A stretch of 63,252 nucleotides of DNA, filler included, from Octopus bimaculoides (taxonomy: Eukaryota): assembly GCF_001194135.2 (NCBI RefSeq). It is 4 parts of 4 records of this genome, joined end to end, with 100 filler letters (N's around TTAATTAATTAA, not from the genome) between each part and the next. Parts side by side here need not be neighbours in the genome. Positions count along the whole stretch, not along the records: positions 1 to 19,533 come from NC_069003.1; positions 19,634 to 41,704 come from NC_069005.1; 2 more parts are not named here. One strand, given 5' to 3'. Positions 13,331-26,280 of the stretch are shown here, one piece after another. The position numbers and the translations under genes are program-made. Every line of letters begins with the position of its first letter. The first letter of the stretch is position 1. The notes under the pieces were generated by a model, which saw only the letters and a list, made by a program, of their open reading frames with translations, did not search any database and had not been told where the DNA came from.

Positions 13331-14967
13331 GTATGTATGTATATGTGTGTATGTATATATATATATACATTATATGTATACATACGTATAAATATATATA
13401 TACATATATATGTATATACATATGCATATAGACACATACATACATATTTATACCTTGTATATACGTATGTATAAATACGGCTGCATACACACACAAATAT
13501 ATGCATATGCTTCTGATTAATGTATAAATACATATTTTCATAGTTAAACATCATTATACACACATCACTCCTTATACATACACGCAATATACTTCTATAT
13601 ATTCAGTAAATAACAAGCTATATAACAAAATGCTGCATATTCATAGCAAATCCATTGGTTTATAATTTTTTTTCTTATCTCCAATCGAAGTATATGTTTT
13701 CCTCTTTTAGTCGTCCATTTTGTCTGTTTTTCCTCCATTAACTGGCAACCACTTCACTTAACAATATATTTGCGCTATTTCTGATGAATTGCTGTTTTTA
13801 AGTTTCCCTTCATATATCAATTATTTCGATATTTCCATATAAGAATATTGCAAACATTAGACCTCAGAATTTGTTTATGCATACACACATACATACATAC
13901 ATACATACACACGCACACTTATACATATATACATATATGCATATTCACTTACCTGTACATACATATAAATATCTGTATATATATACATATATATACGTGC
14001 TTTCATATATAAATAATTATATGTATATATACATTTACATATATGCGCATATATATGTAGATTTACACACACACACACACACACACCCACAGACACACAC
14101 ACACACATATATATATGTTTATATGCATATATATATATATATNNNNNNNNNNNNNNNNNNNNNNNNNNNNNNNNNNNNNNNNNNNNNNNNNNNNNNNNNN
14201 NNNNNNNNNNNNNNNNNNNNNNNNNNNNNNNNNNNNNNNNNNNNNNNNNNNNNNNNNNNNNNNNNNNNNNNNNNNNNNNNNNNNNNNNNNNNNNNNNNNN
14301 NNNNNNNNNNNNNNNNATACATATATATATATATATATATATGCATATTTATCTATATATGTAAGTCTGTATATAACTCACAGAGAGAATAAAGAGTGAT
14401 ACATTTATGTAAATAAAGACACGGTCTTTGCTACAGCTGTGCAGTTCCATATTAAATCTATTGAGTATACTTACTTTCTCCTCAGGCCCGATGTAAATTT
14501 AAATTTAAAATAGGTTCAATTTAAATTCAACGTTCAGTCTCTATTTCCTGAAATATATTGGAAGAAATGATTCTTTGTGTCTCGTGTGGAGAACTTTGGC
14601 AACCGAATTGGTAACCGATGATTTTTGTACATTCTGTTGTCACTCGAGACAAAGGTAGCTGAAGATTTTTTCCGTATCCAGACAGTTCTCACTCTGGGTG
14701 AATTTCCTTAATGATGACATTTTTGTGAATGAAAACCAACAATTTTGTGAATGAAAACCAACAATTTTCCGTTCTATAATCTTTTCATCCCTATGTTTAT
14801 AATTTTGTCGTGGCCAAGGACATTGCCTCCTGAGACGTAAGCCAACGAAAGCTAATTCTAATCATCATATTCACTTCCATCCGCCTCCGGCTCCGATTTA
14901 CCAATTCTATATTTATATTTATCATGGGCTTATACGTTTCTTTCTATTTTTCTATCTTTCTATCTAC

Positions 14968-15335
14968 CACAGCGTGGCTGTGTGGTAAGAAGCTTCCTTT
15001 TCAACCACATGGTTCCGGGTTCAGTCTTACTGCGTGGCACCTTGGGCAGATGTTGTCTACCATAACATCGGCCGACTAAAGCCTTGCGAGTGGATTGGGT
15101 AGGCGGAAACTGAAAGAAGACCGTCGTATATATGCGTATACGTGTGTGTGTGTCTTAATGTGTCGGTGTTAGTGTATTTACGTCTCTGTAACTTAGAAGT
15201 TCGGATAAAGAGACGAGAGAATAAATACAAGGCTTTGAAAGGAAAAAGTCCAGGAGTCGATTCCTGCTATTAGAAATGTTTCAAGTCGGTGACACAACAT
15301 GGCGTCATTCTAATGGCTAAAATAAATAAAGAATA
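14968..15335 (+). mobile_element. SINE group 1, full-length, with internal (TG)n
   Basis: tRNA-like head GTGGCTGTGTGGTAAG...GGGTTCAGTC, internal TG tract and family 3' half. Confidence 0.9.
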
Positions 15336-15936
15336 AAGCATCAAATATAATAATATATTCTACAGAAAGTCTTTATGGAGATTCCAAACTGATTATATCA
15401 CGAGAAAGGTTTCGGTTTCATTAGGCGCGGTGCTTCACGTTTGAGAGGAATGCTTTTTTTGTTTCTCATAATTATTATATATTCTCCAGAGATGTTTTGT
15501 AATGGTTCTCAACGTCCGGGAATATTCCTTAATGTAAATGGCTACTAGGGATTCCTCGAATTATGTTTCTGCAAAACAAATCAAAAAACAAAACAAAACC
15601 AGAAAAGTACTATGGTTTTGTTTTCTAGGCTTAGGAACATAATGGTAAATACTTGTAATTGAATTGTATATTTTCCTTCAGTAAGTCGGTAAAGCCGTTG
15701 CTAATAGGCAATATATATATATATATATATATACATACACACATACACACATATATATAGTGGTCTCTAAAGAGATGGAGGGTGCTAGTGAGCACCAGCA
15801 TTGCTAGAAATAAGAGTCAATTCAACTCGTAGCCACGTGGCTAAGAGCTGATTTGATTCTTATTTCTTTTAATGCTGGTACTATGTATGTATGTATGTAT
15901 ATATATGTATATTCTTTATTCTGTTATACGTCTTAA

Positions 15937-17827
15937 CCCTATAGTTGAGGCTATGCTGGAGTATTGCCAGTGTAATAACCTTTTGAATGACCTATCTTAT
16001 GTGATTACTTTTGATGAAGAAGGGAGTTCGACACTGCTGCCCTCTTCTGAGTTTCTTGCCTTGATATAGCTTCATCTGGGTCATTTCATTGAAGGAGTAC
16101 AAAGTTGTTTCTTGAAAACATCCACCCCTACACCATGAAGGGCCATATATTTTTCCAAGTGGCTAAATAGCTGCTGGCGCTCGAATCCCAAACTATTTAT
16201 ATTTATATATATATATCCACCACGAGGTTGGAATTTTGAAACCGTTAGACTCGACGTTTGCCAGACTGGATTCTTCAAAATTCTTCTGTAAGTCTCCAAA
16301 TTTACACGTCAAAGTCCACTTATTAGATATAATTGGAAGTGACAAGTTATATAGACATTGAAAAGTTTAATCGAACATAACTGATAAGTGATATCTAGAT
16401 TCCAATACGTAGATGGCAAATGCAAAAATACAGAAAATACAGATGCATCTAATGTGCAAATGTTAAATGTTATGCATAAATGTTAAATGCAAAAACTGAT
16501 GAATGATACGTATATAGAAAGGTTAAGAACACCTGTCAATATGAAGTTTGAGCTAAGTAAGAGAAGTTTTACTAACTTATATTCATCACAGTACGCTGTC
16601 TGCAAAAAGTCTTTCTTGTTACGTGTCACACTTGTAAAAATATTCATTGAATAGCTCAGACGATATTATCTTTAAAATCTTAGTTGACACGTAGTTCCTA
16701 ACATTTTGTATGTTCTACAGTGGTCAAAGTTAATTCTTCATCATTCGCAATTTTCTGAAAGATTTCTCTCCTGAACAAGAAGCGTTCATGCTCTATTGGA
16801 CTCTAGTTCGTACCATTATAAGACATATTTAATGAGTTACATTAGTGAACGGCAGACTAATCAACAAGTTTTTCGTTATGGAGTAAAACTACATGTTGAG
16901 ATGAAAGGCGAGATGACTCGTGATTGGAAACGGCTGTGGGCCAGTCAATGTCCCTTGAAAATACGTTATTGAAATCATGAGAAGTGATAAAACTTTCAGC
17001 TTCAGTTCTCATCTCTACATCAAGTAGGATCCATTCGCTCGCGAAGACTTTGCAGCCGTAATTTCCTGCTGAAATAAGTTAATTCTTAACATATTTTGCT
17101 ACAAACAAGAAATTAATTCTTGGTTCGGTAACACTGAATTAGTCACATGGGCTGTTCGAGCAGTGTGGCACAAATGTAGCTCAGTTGTTGTGGTAGGATG
17201 ACGTCACTGTAAACAAAATCTCAAAGCAGGTATTGCAAGACCGTTGTTCTCAGCTCTGTCTGTAGCTGCAACAACCCCTCCAGCTTCACAGTTATTAAAA
17301 ATCCAGGCAAAGAGATGCAAATTTTGTGCCATGTCAAAGAACCGAAAGGTGTAAACAGTGTCCAGCAGTTGCAGGAGACACGTTTGCAGGGATCACAATA
17401 AGATGACTGCGAGTTGCACAAATTGTGAGAATGTAGCAACAGATTGTGAATCAAAGTGAACGGTAAGGCCCTACAATGGCTTCACATTGATTTTTCTATT
17501 CGTTTCAATTCATAGAAATATATTGTGGTTAGTTTTGATGTCTAATGCTTTTCTCTATTATTCTATTTGTGTGTTTCACCTACAGTTTACAAAATATGGT
17601 TTATGCAACAAATTTATTATAATTTTCATTACAATGAATAATTGCATCTTCAGTAGAAGTTTTGATTTAATGTGTTTTGTAACGCAGATTGCTGTTTATG
17701 TTATTAATTTTTTCATCAGTATGACAATATTTCACATAATTATAAAACTATAAGCATATTTTCTTGTGCTGTGTACAGACTCCAGGGGATTCTCCATTTT
17801 CGGAAACCCGAGGCAACTAACGCAGGG
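15937..17827 (+). pseudogene. Decayed piggyBac-superfamily transposon (transposase pseudogene)
   Basis: Bounded by TTAA|CCCT (15933-15940) and AGGG|TTAA (17824-17831). A plus-strand frame near 17305-17460 reads QAKRCKFCAMSKNRKV*TVSSSCRRHVCRDHNKMTASCTNCE, the piggyBac C-terminal Cys-rich domain pattern. A weak YIS...RYGVKLHV similarity to the YIPxKPxKYGIK motif lies near 16835-16900. Confidence 0.75.
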
Positions 17828-18499
17828 TTAATAATAGCTAGAAATACGTGTCGCTCACGATATCCTTTAAGATTAAGTTGCTGAAGGCGACCCTTTCACG
17901 TAATGGATCAAATGCTATACGAACTTCCGTATTTCCTGAAACAAAATACGAATGAAATCTTATTAGACAACATTAAAAACACATTGCAGATGAAAGCATT
18001 ACTCTTTCTGGTGTATCGCTTTTAATTTTGCTTAAAATATTCTCCAATAGCAACGTCTGCTCTGTTGAACTGGCACCAACGTTTAGACATGTGGTCGAGT
18101 GTAGTGCATAACAAAAATTCGGTAACAATTAAGTTTAAATATGGAAGGAAGACGAAGACATAATCTGAATTTTGGTTGCATTCGTGTGTTTCGTTTTGAA
18201 CTAGCTTAAATACGGAATAAATTCGAGGTGACACAAGCAATTGTTCGCATAACGAATCAATTTCTGGTGTTAGATTTTAAATTATCTCCACTATAAGATG
18301 AAATCGAACACATAATGATAATTATTTACATAGTAAAACAAGTTTAAGTGTTACGCTTTACGGAACCTCAACTGTGGAACATAATCATACATATAATTGA
18401 AACTCTTAACATAGTGAAACCATATTGCGAATATCTATAAATTTATGGATTTGCATAGAAATAAGAATATTTATAAAATGTGAAACGTAGAATTTCTAC

Positions 18500-19080
18500 T
18501 GATCACGCGAGTTCGTATTAAAATCTTATCAGTTAATTTACAAATCGGATGATGGACAGATTTCTTAATTGGCATATTGTCTTTAATTCAATAGTTAAAT
18601 CAGGTGGAATCCGTTACCATATCAGCTTGCTCCTGTTCACCATTATATTCATTTGGTACAGCTACGTCAGTTATTAATACGCTATTGTGATTTTTGTCAT
18701 GGGAAATTACGTCAGTTTGATTATATGCTTGCTGATCGCCATTTCTATGCCATGCTTCTAGAACAACTTTGATTTATAACAGGGGTCATTCATATGAATA
18801 TCACATAACATTTATTTCAAGAATCTACAAATTAATAACTATGTTTGCAATGTTGTTGCCTTCAATTTTATTGTTGTAATGGTTCAACACGAAGGTCAGC
18901 TGTTTGGAGATAAGGTTCTTGTTGTTGCAGTTGTGGTACAATACCCGGGTGGGCTGTATGGAGAAGTTGTTGCTGTTTTTGCAGTGGAGGTGGTTAGTGG
19001 AGGGTTAACGTCCAGTGAATCGCTTTCGAGATATTTTACAGGCGTAACTTTATTAAAGATTACATCAGCCATCTAGGCTT
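18500..19080 (-). pseudogene. Heavily decayed R4/Dong-like LINE, endonuclease region
   Basis: Minus-strand frames give YNQTDVISHDKNHNSVLITDVAVPNEYN and PDLTIELKTICQLR, matching the HNRPDI...IDVAVP...YxDLxIE RLE pattern seen intact at 37040-37200. Confidence 0.55.
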
Positions 19081-19169
19081 TCTTTTATTAGATGATATTT
19101 CAGGGGTATTTAGCTGTTATTTATAGCTTTAGAGATTATGTATATTTCATTGTTGTGTTGGTTCTCTAC

Positions 19170-19209
<40 letters not shown>

Positions 19210-19440
19210 GAGAAGGAGGAGGAGGAGGAAGGGGAAGAGAAGGAGATGAGAAAGAGGAGTTCTTGAAGTAGATCTAGCGGAAATGTATCCAAACCGTGGA
19301 TGACACCAGGTAGCTGCAAACAGTGAAGTGCTTTACCCAGCACACTAATTGACATATAGATATTAGTCCAAAATTTTACACATATGTGTATACACACACA
19401 TACACAAACATATATGTACATATACGCATATATATCTAGG

Positions 19441-19511
<71 letters not shown>

Positions 19512-19633
19512 CTGTGTATGTATGTATGTATGTNNNNNNNNNNNNNNNNNNNNNNNNNNNNNNNNNNNNNNNNNNNNTTAATTAATTAANNNNNNNNNNN
19601 NNNNNNNNNNNNNNNNNNNNNNNNNNNNNNNNN

Positions 19634-19664
<31 letters not shown>

Positions 19665-19794
19665 TATATGTATATATTATGTATGTATATATATATGTAT
19701 GTATTTTATGTATATATACGATATATATATACACACATACAAACATGTATGAATATATATAATCTATATGTATGTATATATATATATATAATTG

Positions 19795-21060
19795 TTGTTA
19801 TTAAAGTTAAAATTGATTACTTTTCCATTATTTCAAGTTCTGCTCCTGAGAGATGAACCTTAGATGGTATACCGATGAAGAATTTTTGGAATAAGAACGG
19901 AATATTCTTTGTTATTCAGTATTACTAAATGACGCATTAAAATCTTCTCGTTGTTTACATTTTCTCTCCGGCTTGTAGATCAGTCAGTTTCTATTTTACT
20001 GTTGTAAGTTGCTAGAAGGAATTTGTTTTCGTAATATCATTTTAATAATATTATTGTCAGTTTGTTTAAAGTGTTAGCTTCTTTGGTTATTATTTATAAT
20101 TTTCAGCAATGCATTGTTGGCATTTCCTTGATTCAATTATCTTAAAATGTGCTGTATTCGACAATTGGTCAGTCGAAGTGGTTAATTATCGACATTTCAA
20201 CTGGCATATGTATCTGGAAGAGTCTGCAGAAATTCCCTTTTAGTAGTAATATTTCTCTTTTACTCATTCCTGAGAAAGGATTTATAGTTGAGAAGCCGGC
20301 TTTTAAAGCTGCCTTCACTGGTACCGATGTAAATATCTTTTTATTATATGTTATTCATTTGTTATGTTACCGTCAATACGTAGGTAAATGCTTTCATTAG
20401 GTATTTTATGGCTAAGAAATTTCTAGAAGTTTCTCATTTTACATATTTTGCTAAACGGGTGCTTTGTTTCTTTTGCTGCTTGCGCTCGGATAACAAGCTG
20501 ATTCTTTTTCTTTATAACAGCTTTTTTTAGTGTATCATTATAGTAAAATCTTTTTGCGAGGGGTTTTCCTGAATGAGATATATTAATTGTTCTTCTACTC
20601 CTGTTGTTAACTAATTCTTGCTGACCCATACTGACATTAAATGGCTCATTGTTGTTTTTCAATTATGTGAAGTCGTTATTGGTTGAGATGGGGTTTAGAA
20701 ATTAATATTTAGAACTCTGGGATATTGAACTGAGTGGACATGTATCTATTCTTGTATTTGATGTTGTTCAAGCAATCAACTCCAAAATTGCTGTTAATCC
20801 ATTGTTATTAATCCATTAGAAGATTTTCTAATTTTGCCTTTGGATGTTGTTTATAGAATGTGTTTACTAACTACACCAAATCGACAATTTTCAGAATTTC
20901 TCAGTCTGTATCTTCGTTTAATAGACCAACTCTTTTTCTGGAGCAAAAATTGAAGTCAAGGAAAAGTAACCAATTTTAATAATAATAATATATTACTCTT
21001 CTGGACGTAACCTTTATTTTGTTCGTACTGTTATTACTAGAACTCACAAACATAATACCA
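19795..21060 (-). mobile_element. Penelope-like element remnant with GIY-YIG endonuclease fragment
   Basis: The minus strand near 20330-20250 reads KDIYIGTSEGSFKSRLLNYKSFLRNE, parallel to YIGMSEGKFKNRH at 30518. There is a degenerate inverted repeat of about 60 bp between 19795-19855 and 20925-20985. Confidence 0.65.
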
Positions 21061-21066
21061 TAAATA

Positions 21067-21105
<39 letters not shown>

Positions 21106-21586
21106 NNNNNNNNNNNNNNNNNNNNNNNNNNNNNNNNNNNNNNNNNNNNNNNNNNNNNNNNNNNNNNNNNNNNNNNNNNNNNNNNNNNNNNNNNNNNNNN
21201 NNNNNNNNNNNNNNNNNNNNNNNNNNNNNNNNNNNNNNNNNNNNNNNNNNNNNNNNNNNNNNNNNNNNNNNNNNNNNNNNNNNNNNNNNNNNNNNNNNNN
21301 NNNNNNNNNNNNNNNNNNNNNNNNNNNNNNNNNNNNNNNNNNNNNNNNNNNNNNNNNNNNNNNNNNNNATTGATTGCTGTAAATCGATTATATTTTTTAT
21401 TTATTTAGAAATAAGATTTTACAACGGTTAATTATTGTTGCGAATTATTTAATTTTTACACTTATGTGTTTGTTTTACAAGATTCTTTTTGTGAAATCGT
21501 GTGTTGAAACAGATATTGTTATCCTTGGGGATGGTCATATTTTGCCATTTTTTGCCATTTATTATTATTATCATTATTATTATTTC

Positions 21587-22032
21587 TAAGGTGGCTAACT
21601 GGCAGAATCGTTAGCACGCTGGACGAAATGTTTAGCGGTATTTCGTCCGTGGGTACGTTCTGAGTTCAAATTCCGCCGAGGTTCACTTTACCTTTCATCC
21701 TTTCGGGGTCGATAAATTAAGTACCAGTTGAATACAGGGGTTGGTGTAATAGACTTATCTCCTCTCACAAAATGGCTGCCCTTGTGGAAAAATTTTAAAC
21801 TATTATTACTATTATTTCTAAGGCAGCGAACTGGCAGAATTGTTAGAACGCTGTACGAAATGCTTTGCAGCATTTCGTCCGTCGCTAAGTTCTGAGTTCA
21901 AATTTCGCCGAGGTCATCTTTGCCGTTCATCCTTTCGAGGTCGATGAAATAAGTACCAGTTGAGCACTGGGGTCAATGTAATCAACTATCCCCTTCCCCA
22001 AAATTTCAGGCCTTGTACCTTTAGTAGGAAGG
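21587..22032 (+). mobile_element. Tandem pair of group 2 SINEs in an (ATT)n context
   Basis: Heads at 21587 and 21819, each preceded by ATT repeats plus TTCTAAGG. Confidence 0.9.
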
Positions 22033-22304
22033 TTTGTTGTTATTATTTCAGTGTCTTTGTCGAAGCTTTTTCGTCAGACATCCTATGACCAAAATGGAAT
22101 AAGCAGAAGAAGAGGAGGCACGTGGGATACAGAACAGCTGAAGAAGTCACAGGATGTCTGACGAAACAGCTTTGACAAAGAAACTAAAATAATAATAATA
22201 AAGCTGAAGTGAAGACCAAGTATACAGTGCGTGTGTTTAATTGGCAAAAATATGACCGTCCCCAAATATAACAATATTTAACTTCTATTTTATGTTTATT
22301 CTAT

Positions 22305-22450
22305 TTTTGTGGCTGTGTGGTAAGAAGCTTGGTTCTGAGTTCAGTCCCAGTGCGTGGCACCTTGTGCAAGTGTCTTTTACTATAGCGTCGGACCGACCAA
22401 AGCTTTGTGAGTGGATTTCGTAGAGGGAAACTGAAAGACGCCCGTCTGTG
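22305..22450 (+). mobile_element. SINE group 1, 5' half
   Basis: GTGGCTGTGTGGTAAGAAGC...GAGTTCAGTCCC...GGAAACTGAAAGA. Confidence 0.85.
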
Positions 22451-22687
22451 TTTGTCCCTCTACCATCCTCAGCACGATCGCTCGTCATGCTCGAAATAGC
22501 AGCAAAAATCTCCCCATATCTGAATAAAAGGCTGGATAGACATGGCTGGAACAGTTTTAATACATTTACTTGATCAGGATTGATGCGAACCTTATCCCTG
22601 ACAACAAGTTATTGTTGTTAAAATGATTTTGGTTACTAAATAAGGATGATGATGATGATGATGACGATGATGATGATGATGATGATG

Positions 22688-22716
<29 letters not shown>

Positions 22717-22719
<3 letters not shown>

Positions 22720-22870
22720 CCTTTCTACCAAAGACACAAGGCCTGAAATTTCGGGGGAGAGGGAAGGGACTAGTCGATTACATCGACCCCAGTGTTTCAT
22801 TGGTACTTAATTTATCGACCCCGAAAGGATGAAAGGCAAAGTCGACCTTGGCGGAATTTGAACACAGAAC
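22717..22870 (-). mobile_element. SINE group 2, 3' part
   Basis: ATCCTTTCTACC...CAAGGCCTGAAATTT...GGCGGAATTTGAAC (reverse complement of the family). Confidence 0.85.
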
Positions 22871-23251
22871 CTGAAATTTACAGGACACATACGCATATAA
22901 AAGCACGTGTCACAAACAAAGCAAAAAATATAACAAAACAATTATTTTCGAACTAACACAGGCAGAGCAGACAATTCATAAGTTTAAAAACACCACAAAA
23001 AAAAACTATGTCCGGAGATAAATTTATCAACAAAAGAAAATACAGGAGAATACAGATCTGTTAGCCTTAAGAAGCTGCGTTACGAGCAATGTTTTCATTC
23101 AGAGAACTCGGAGGCGGTGTTGTCTGAAAAAATGAACCCTAAACAGACAGATAGAAAGAGTTAATGCAACTGATAAGCAAAGGGAAATACTCTCTGAACC
23201 AACCACAAATACCAAGTCAGATAAAAATCAAATAGATGAAGAAAGTCACAC

Positions 23252-23677
<426 letters not shown>

Positions 23678-23755
23678 CAACAACAACAATAACAATAAAG
23701 AAGAAGAAGAAGAAGAAGAAGAAGAAGAAGAAGAAGAAGAAGAAGAAGAAGAAGA

Positions 23756-24041
23756 AACTCTCAAAATACAAAGATCTAGAAACAGATAACTGGAATGTGG
23801 AGCCTAAAAACAGAAATAATAAATTAGTTATGATTAAAAAAAAACATACAGACAAATACATAACCAAAACATTACGAATATAGCATACATGAAATAGCAC
23901 TAGTGGGCACCTCACACATCCGACGTAAAGCCCTTTCAATACAATGAGAATAACACCAAAACAAACTACAGAACATAACCCAAAGTATAGTGAGANNNNN
24001 NNNNNTGAAGTGAAAGCACGTTATAAAAATAAAACTACTGA
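23756..24041 (+). mobile_element. R4/Dong LINE family B, 3' fragment followed by (TAA)n
   Basis: Encodes KLSKYKDLE...DKYITKT. The 3' end GTGAAAGCACGTTATAAAAATAAAACTACTGAA is shared with the ends at 38184 and 39486. Confidence 0.85.
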
Positions 24042-24059
24042 ATAATAATAATAATAATA

Positions 24060-24396
24060 GAGCAGAAGTAGTGGGGGAGCATCACAGCCATGTGTTGAGA
24101 GGAATTCTTTGGGGTTTGGCTAATTCACCTCTGGAAACATGGCTGTTTTGCTCAACATCCTTAAACAAGCCTTATTCAGGGACCTTTTGAGCGGGATGGG
24201 CTACTCGACCTGAAGAAAATTCTAACTGGGCCCCACTTGCTGTTTATCTTGATACGAGATCACCATGTCACGCATAAATAGTTGTAATGCATGTGCCTGG
24301 TGTACCCTTATCATATGGGTAGTCATGATGGGTATAATGGGCTTCGTATATTTTACCCCAGTGTCACTTTGATGGCATGTACTGCTCTCTCACTCA
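24060..24396 (+). mobile_element. (TAA)n-embedded non-coding retroposon ('element X')
   Basis: Flanked by TAA repeats on both sides. A second, rearranged copy lies at 36201-36634. Confidence 0.8.
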
Positions 24397-24419
24397 ATAA
24401 TAATAATAATAATTTCTAC

Positions 24420-24570
24420 ATTAGTCAGTGATTAGGGTATTGGACTCACGATCGTAAGATTGTAGTTTTGATTCTTGGATCAAGCGATGCGTTGTCTTCT
24501 TGAGCAAAACACTTCATTTCCTGTTGCTCCAGTCCACTCAGCTATAGAAATGAGTTTAGCCTGGAGAAAG
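24420..24570 (+). mobile_element. SINE group 3 head, decayed
   Basis: AGTGATTAGGGTATTGGACTCACGATCGTAAGATTGTAG...TTGAGCAAAACACTTCATTTC. Confidence 0.7.
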
Positions 24571-25819
24571 ATGGGCTCCGCCAGGCTTTCTCTCCCTGCA
24601 TGGTTGCAGCGCCCCAACGGTCCCCAAGGAGTTAAAGGACTTGTCATCATATTAGTCACAAGGTCTCAAAGATGCAATGGAAGAGGTACATAAAATCGAA
24701 AACGAAAATAACCAGAACAGGTGATAACATAGAAAAATCCCCGTAAAGGAAGAAACTACATAGAACCCCTCAAGAAATCCCACAGATTCTGGGTGACCTT
24801 GATTACTTAGGTAAATACCCTCTCGTTACTATCAGTTCCAGGCCTACAAATACATGCTTAGAGTAGATCCGTTCATTTGGGCTATGTTCACCACACTCAT
24901 CCACCTTTCAACGGTTTTTCTGATGGTGAGTTAGCATCTCATTCTTCACCGTCACCTTATTTTTAAAGTGAAACTTTAAAAAAGTTAATTGAAGGCCTGG
25001 TCAAAGAGAAAAAAAGTGACTGTCTTCTTTTGGTCTCATCCACCGCATAACTGCTTCCGCCGCAACCACCAGAAAAGGGAAAACTGCCAAAGGAGAGCAA
25101 GACAATCTTCATAATTTGCTCGGCTGATAGCTAGATCTGCCTTTACAAGCGATGACAAAATTTCTACAAATCAACAATCAGACAGTGCATGCAGGACNNN
25201 NNNNNNNCATGCTTAGAGTAGATCCGTTCATTTGGGCTATGTTCACCACACTCATCCACCTTTCAACGGTTTTTCTGATGGTGAGTTAGCATCTCATTCT
25301 TCACCGTCACCTTATTTTTAAAGTGAAACTTTAAAAAAGTTAATTGAAGGCCTGGTCAAAGAGAAAAAAAGTGACTGTCTTCTTTTGGTCTCATCCACCG
25401 CATAACTGCTTCCGCCGCAACCACCAGAAAAGGGAAAACTGCCAAAGGAGAGCAAGACAATCTTCATAATTTGCTCGGCTGATAGCTAGATCTGCCTTTA
25501 CAAGCGATGACAAAATTTCTACAAATCAACAATCAGACAGTGCATGCAGGACAGTTTCGGCGCTCTGTGCACACCTCAGACAGGCCCAGCTGACGGTAAT
25601 TCTGTGTATATAGATTTTGTTTTGAGCCAGCAGTGCCTGATCTCTGGAAGTACTGCCATGTCAGGTATTTTCTACAAGGTAGCCATACTAATGACTTGCA
25701 GGTACGTGGTATTTCGTTATGCAACCATAATATACTATAAAGTATATTAAACGTCTTTATAAGTCAATACCACGTTCTACTGTGTTAGCAGTGCGCTTTA
25801 CATTATTTGTTATAGTTAT

Positions 25820-26280
25820 CTCTATAGATATTCTATAGAAGTCATAGCCAGCACTGATTTCTGTTGCGACGTTTCATATCTAAGACGTCAGATGTAAACA
25901 CAATGAGATCGAAGATGAAAAAATGGGTAATGGTCATATGTGTTATATTTCATGGGGTTTCGCCCCTTCATCAGCACCTATCTAACCCATTAATCATCCT
26001 CGGACACACTGAAATCTTTTGGGGAGGCGGGGGCCAGTCGATTAGATCGACCCAGTACGCAACTGGTACTTAATTTATCGATCCCGAAAGGATGAAATGC
26101 AAAGTCAACCTCGGCGGAATTTGAACTTAGAACGGCGGTGTATAGTTATTGGATATACTAATTTTACATATTAAACGCATTTTTCATCTTCAATCTCATT
26201 GATTACATCTGACGTCTCGTATAGTAAACGTAGTAAAGAAAATTCGTACTGGCTATGATTTCTATAGAATATCTGTAGAG
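25820..26280. mobile_element. Foldback/MITE-like element with inverted arms of about 100 bp
   Basis: 25820-25924 is an imperfect reverse complement of 26178-26280. The interior holds a hammerhead-like motif and a partial minus-strand group 2 SINE (about 26005-26135). Confidence 0.75.

Noticed and set aside
19534-19633. TTAATTAATTAA islands inside N runs (19578-19589, 41749-41760, 50370-50381)
   Set aside because: An identical 12-mer, centred in a 100-bp block (44 N + 12 + 44 N counted here) with stops in all frames. This is a scaffolding spacer, not biology.
24853-25552. Exact 345-bp tandem duplication
   Set aside because: Identical copies (24853-25197 and 25208-25552) separated only by a 10-N gap indicate an unmerged contig overlap. 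The same applies to 5590-6045.
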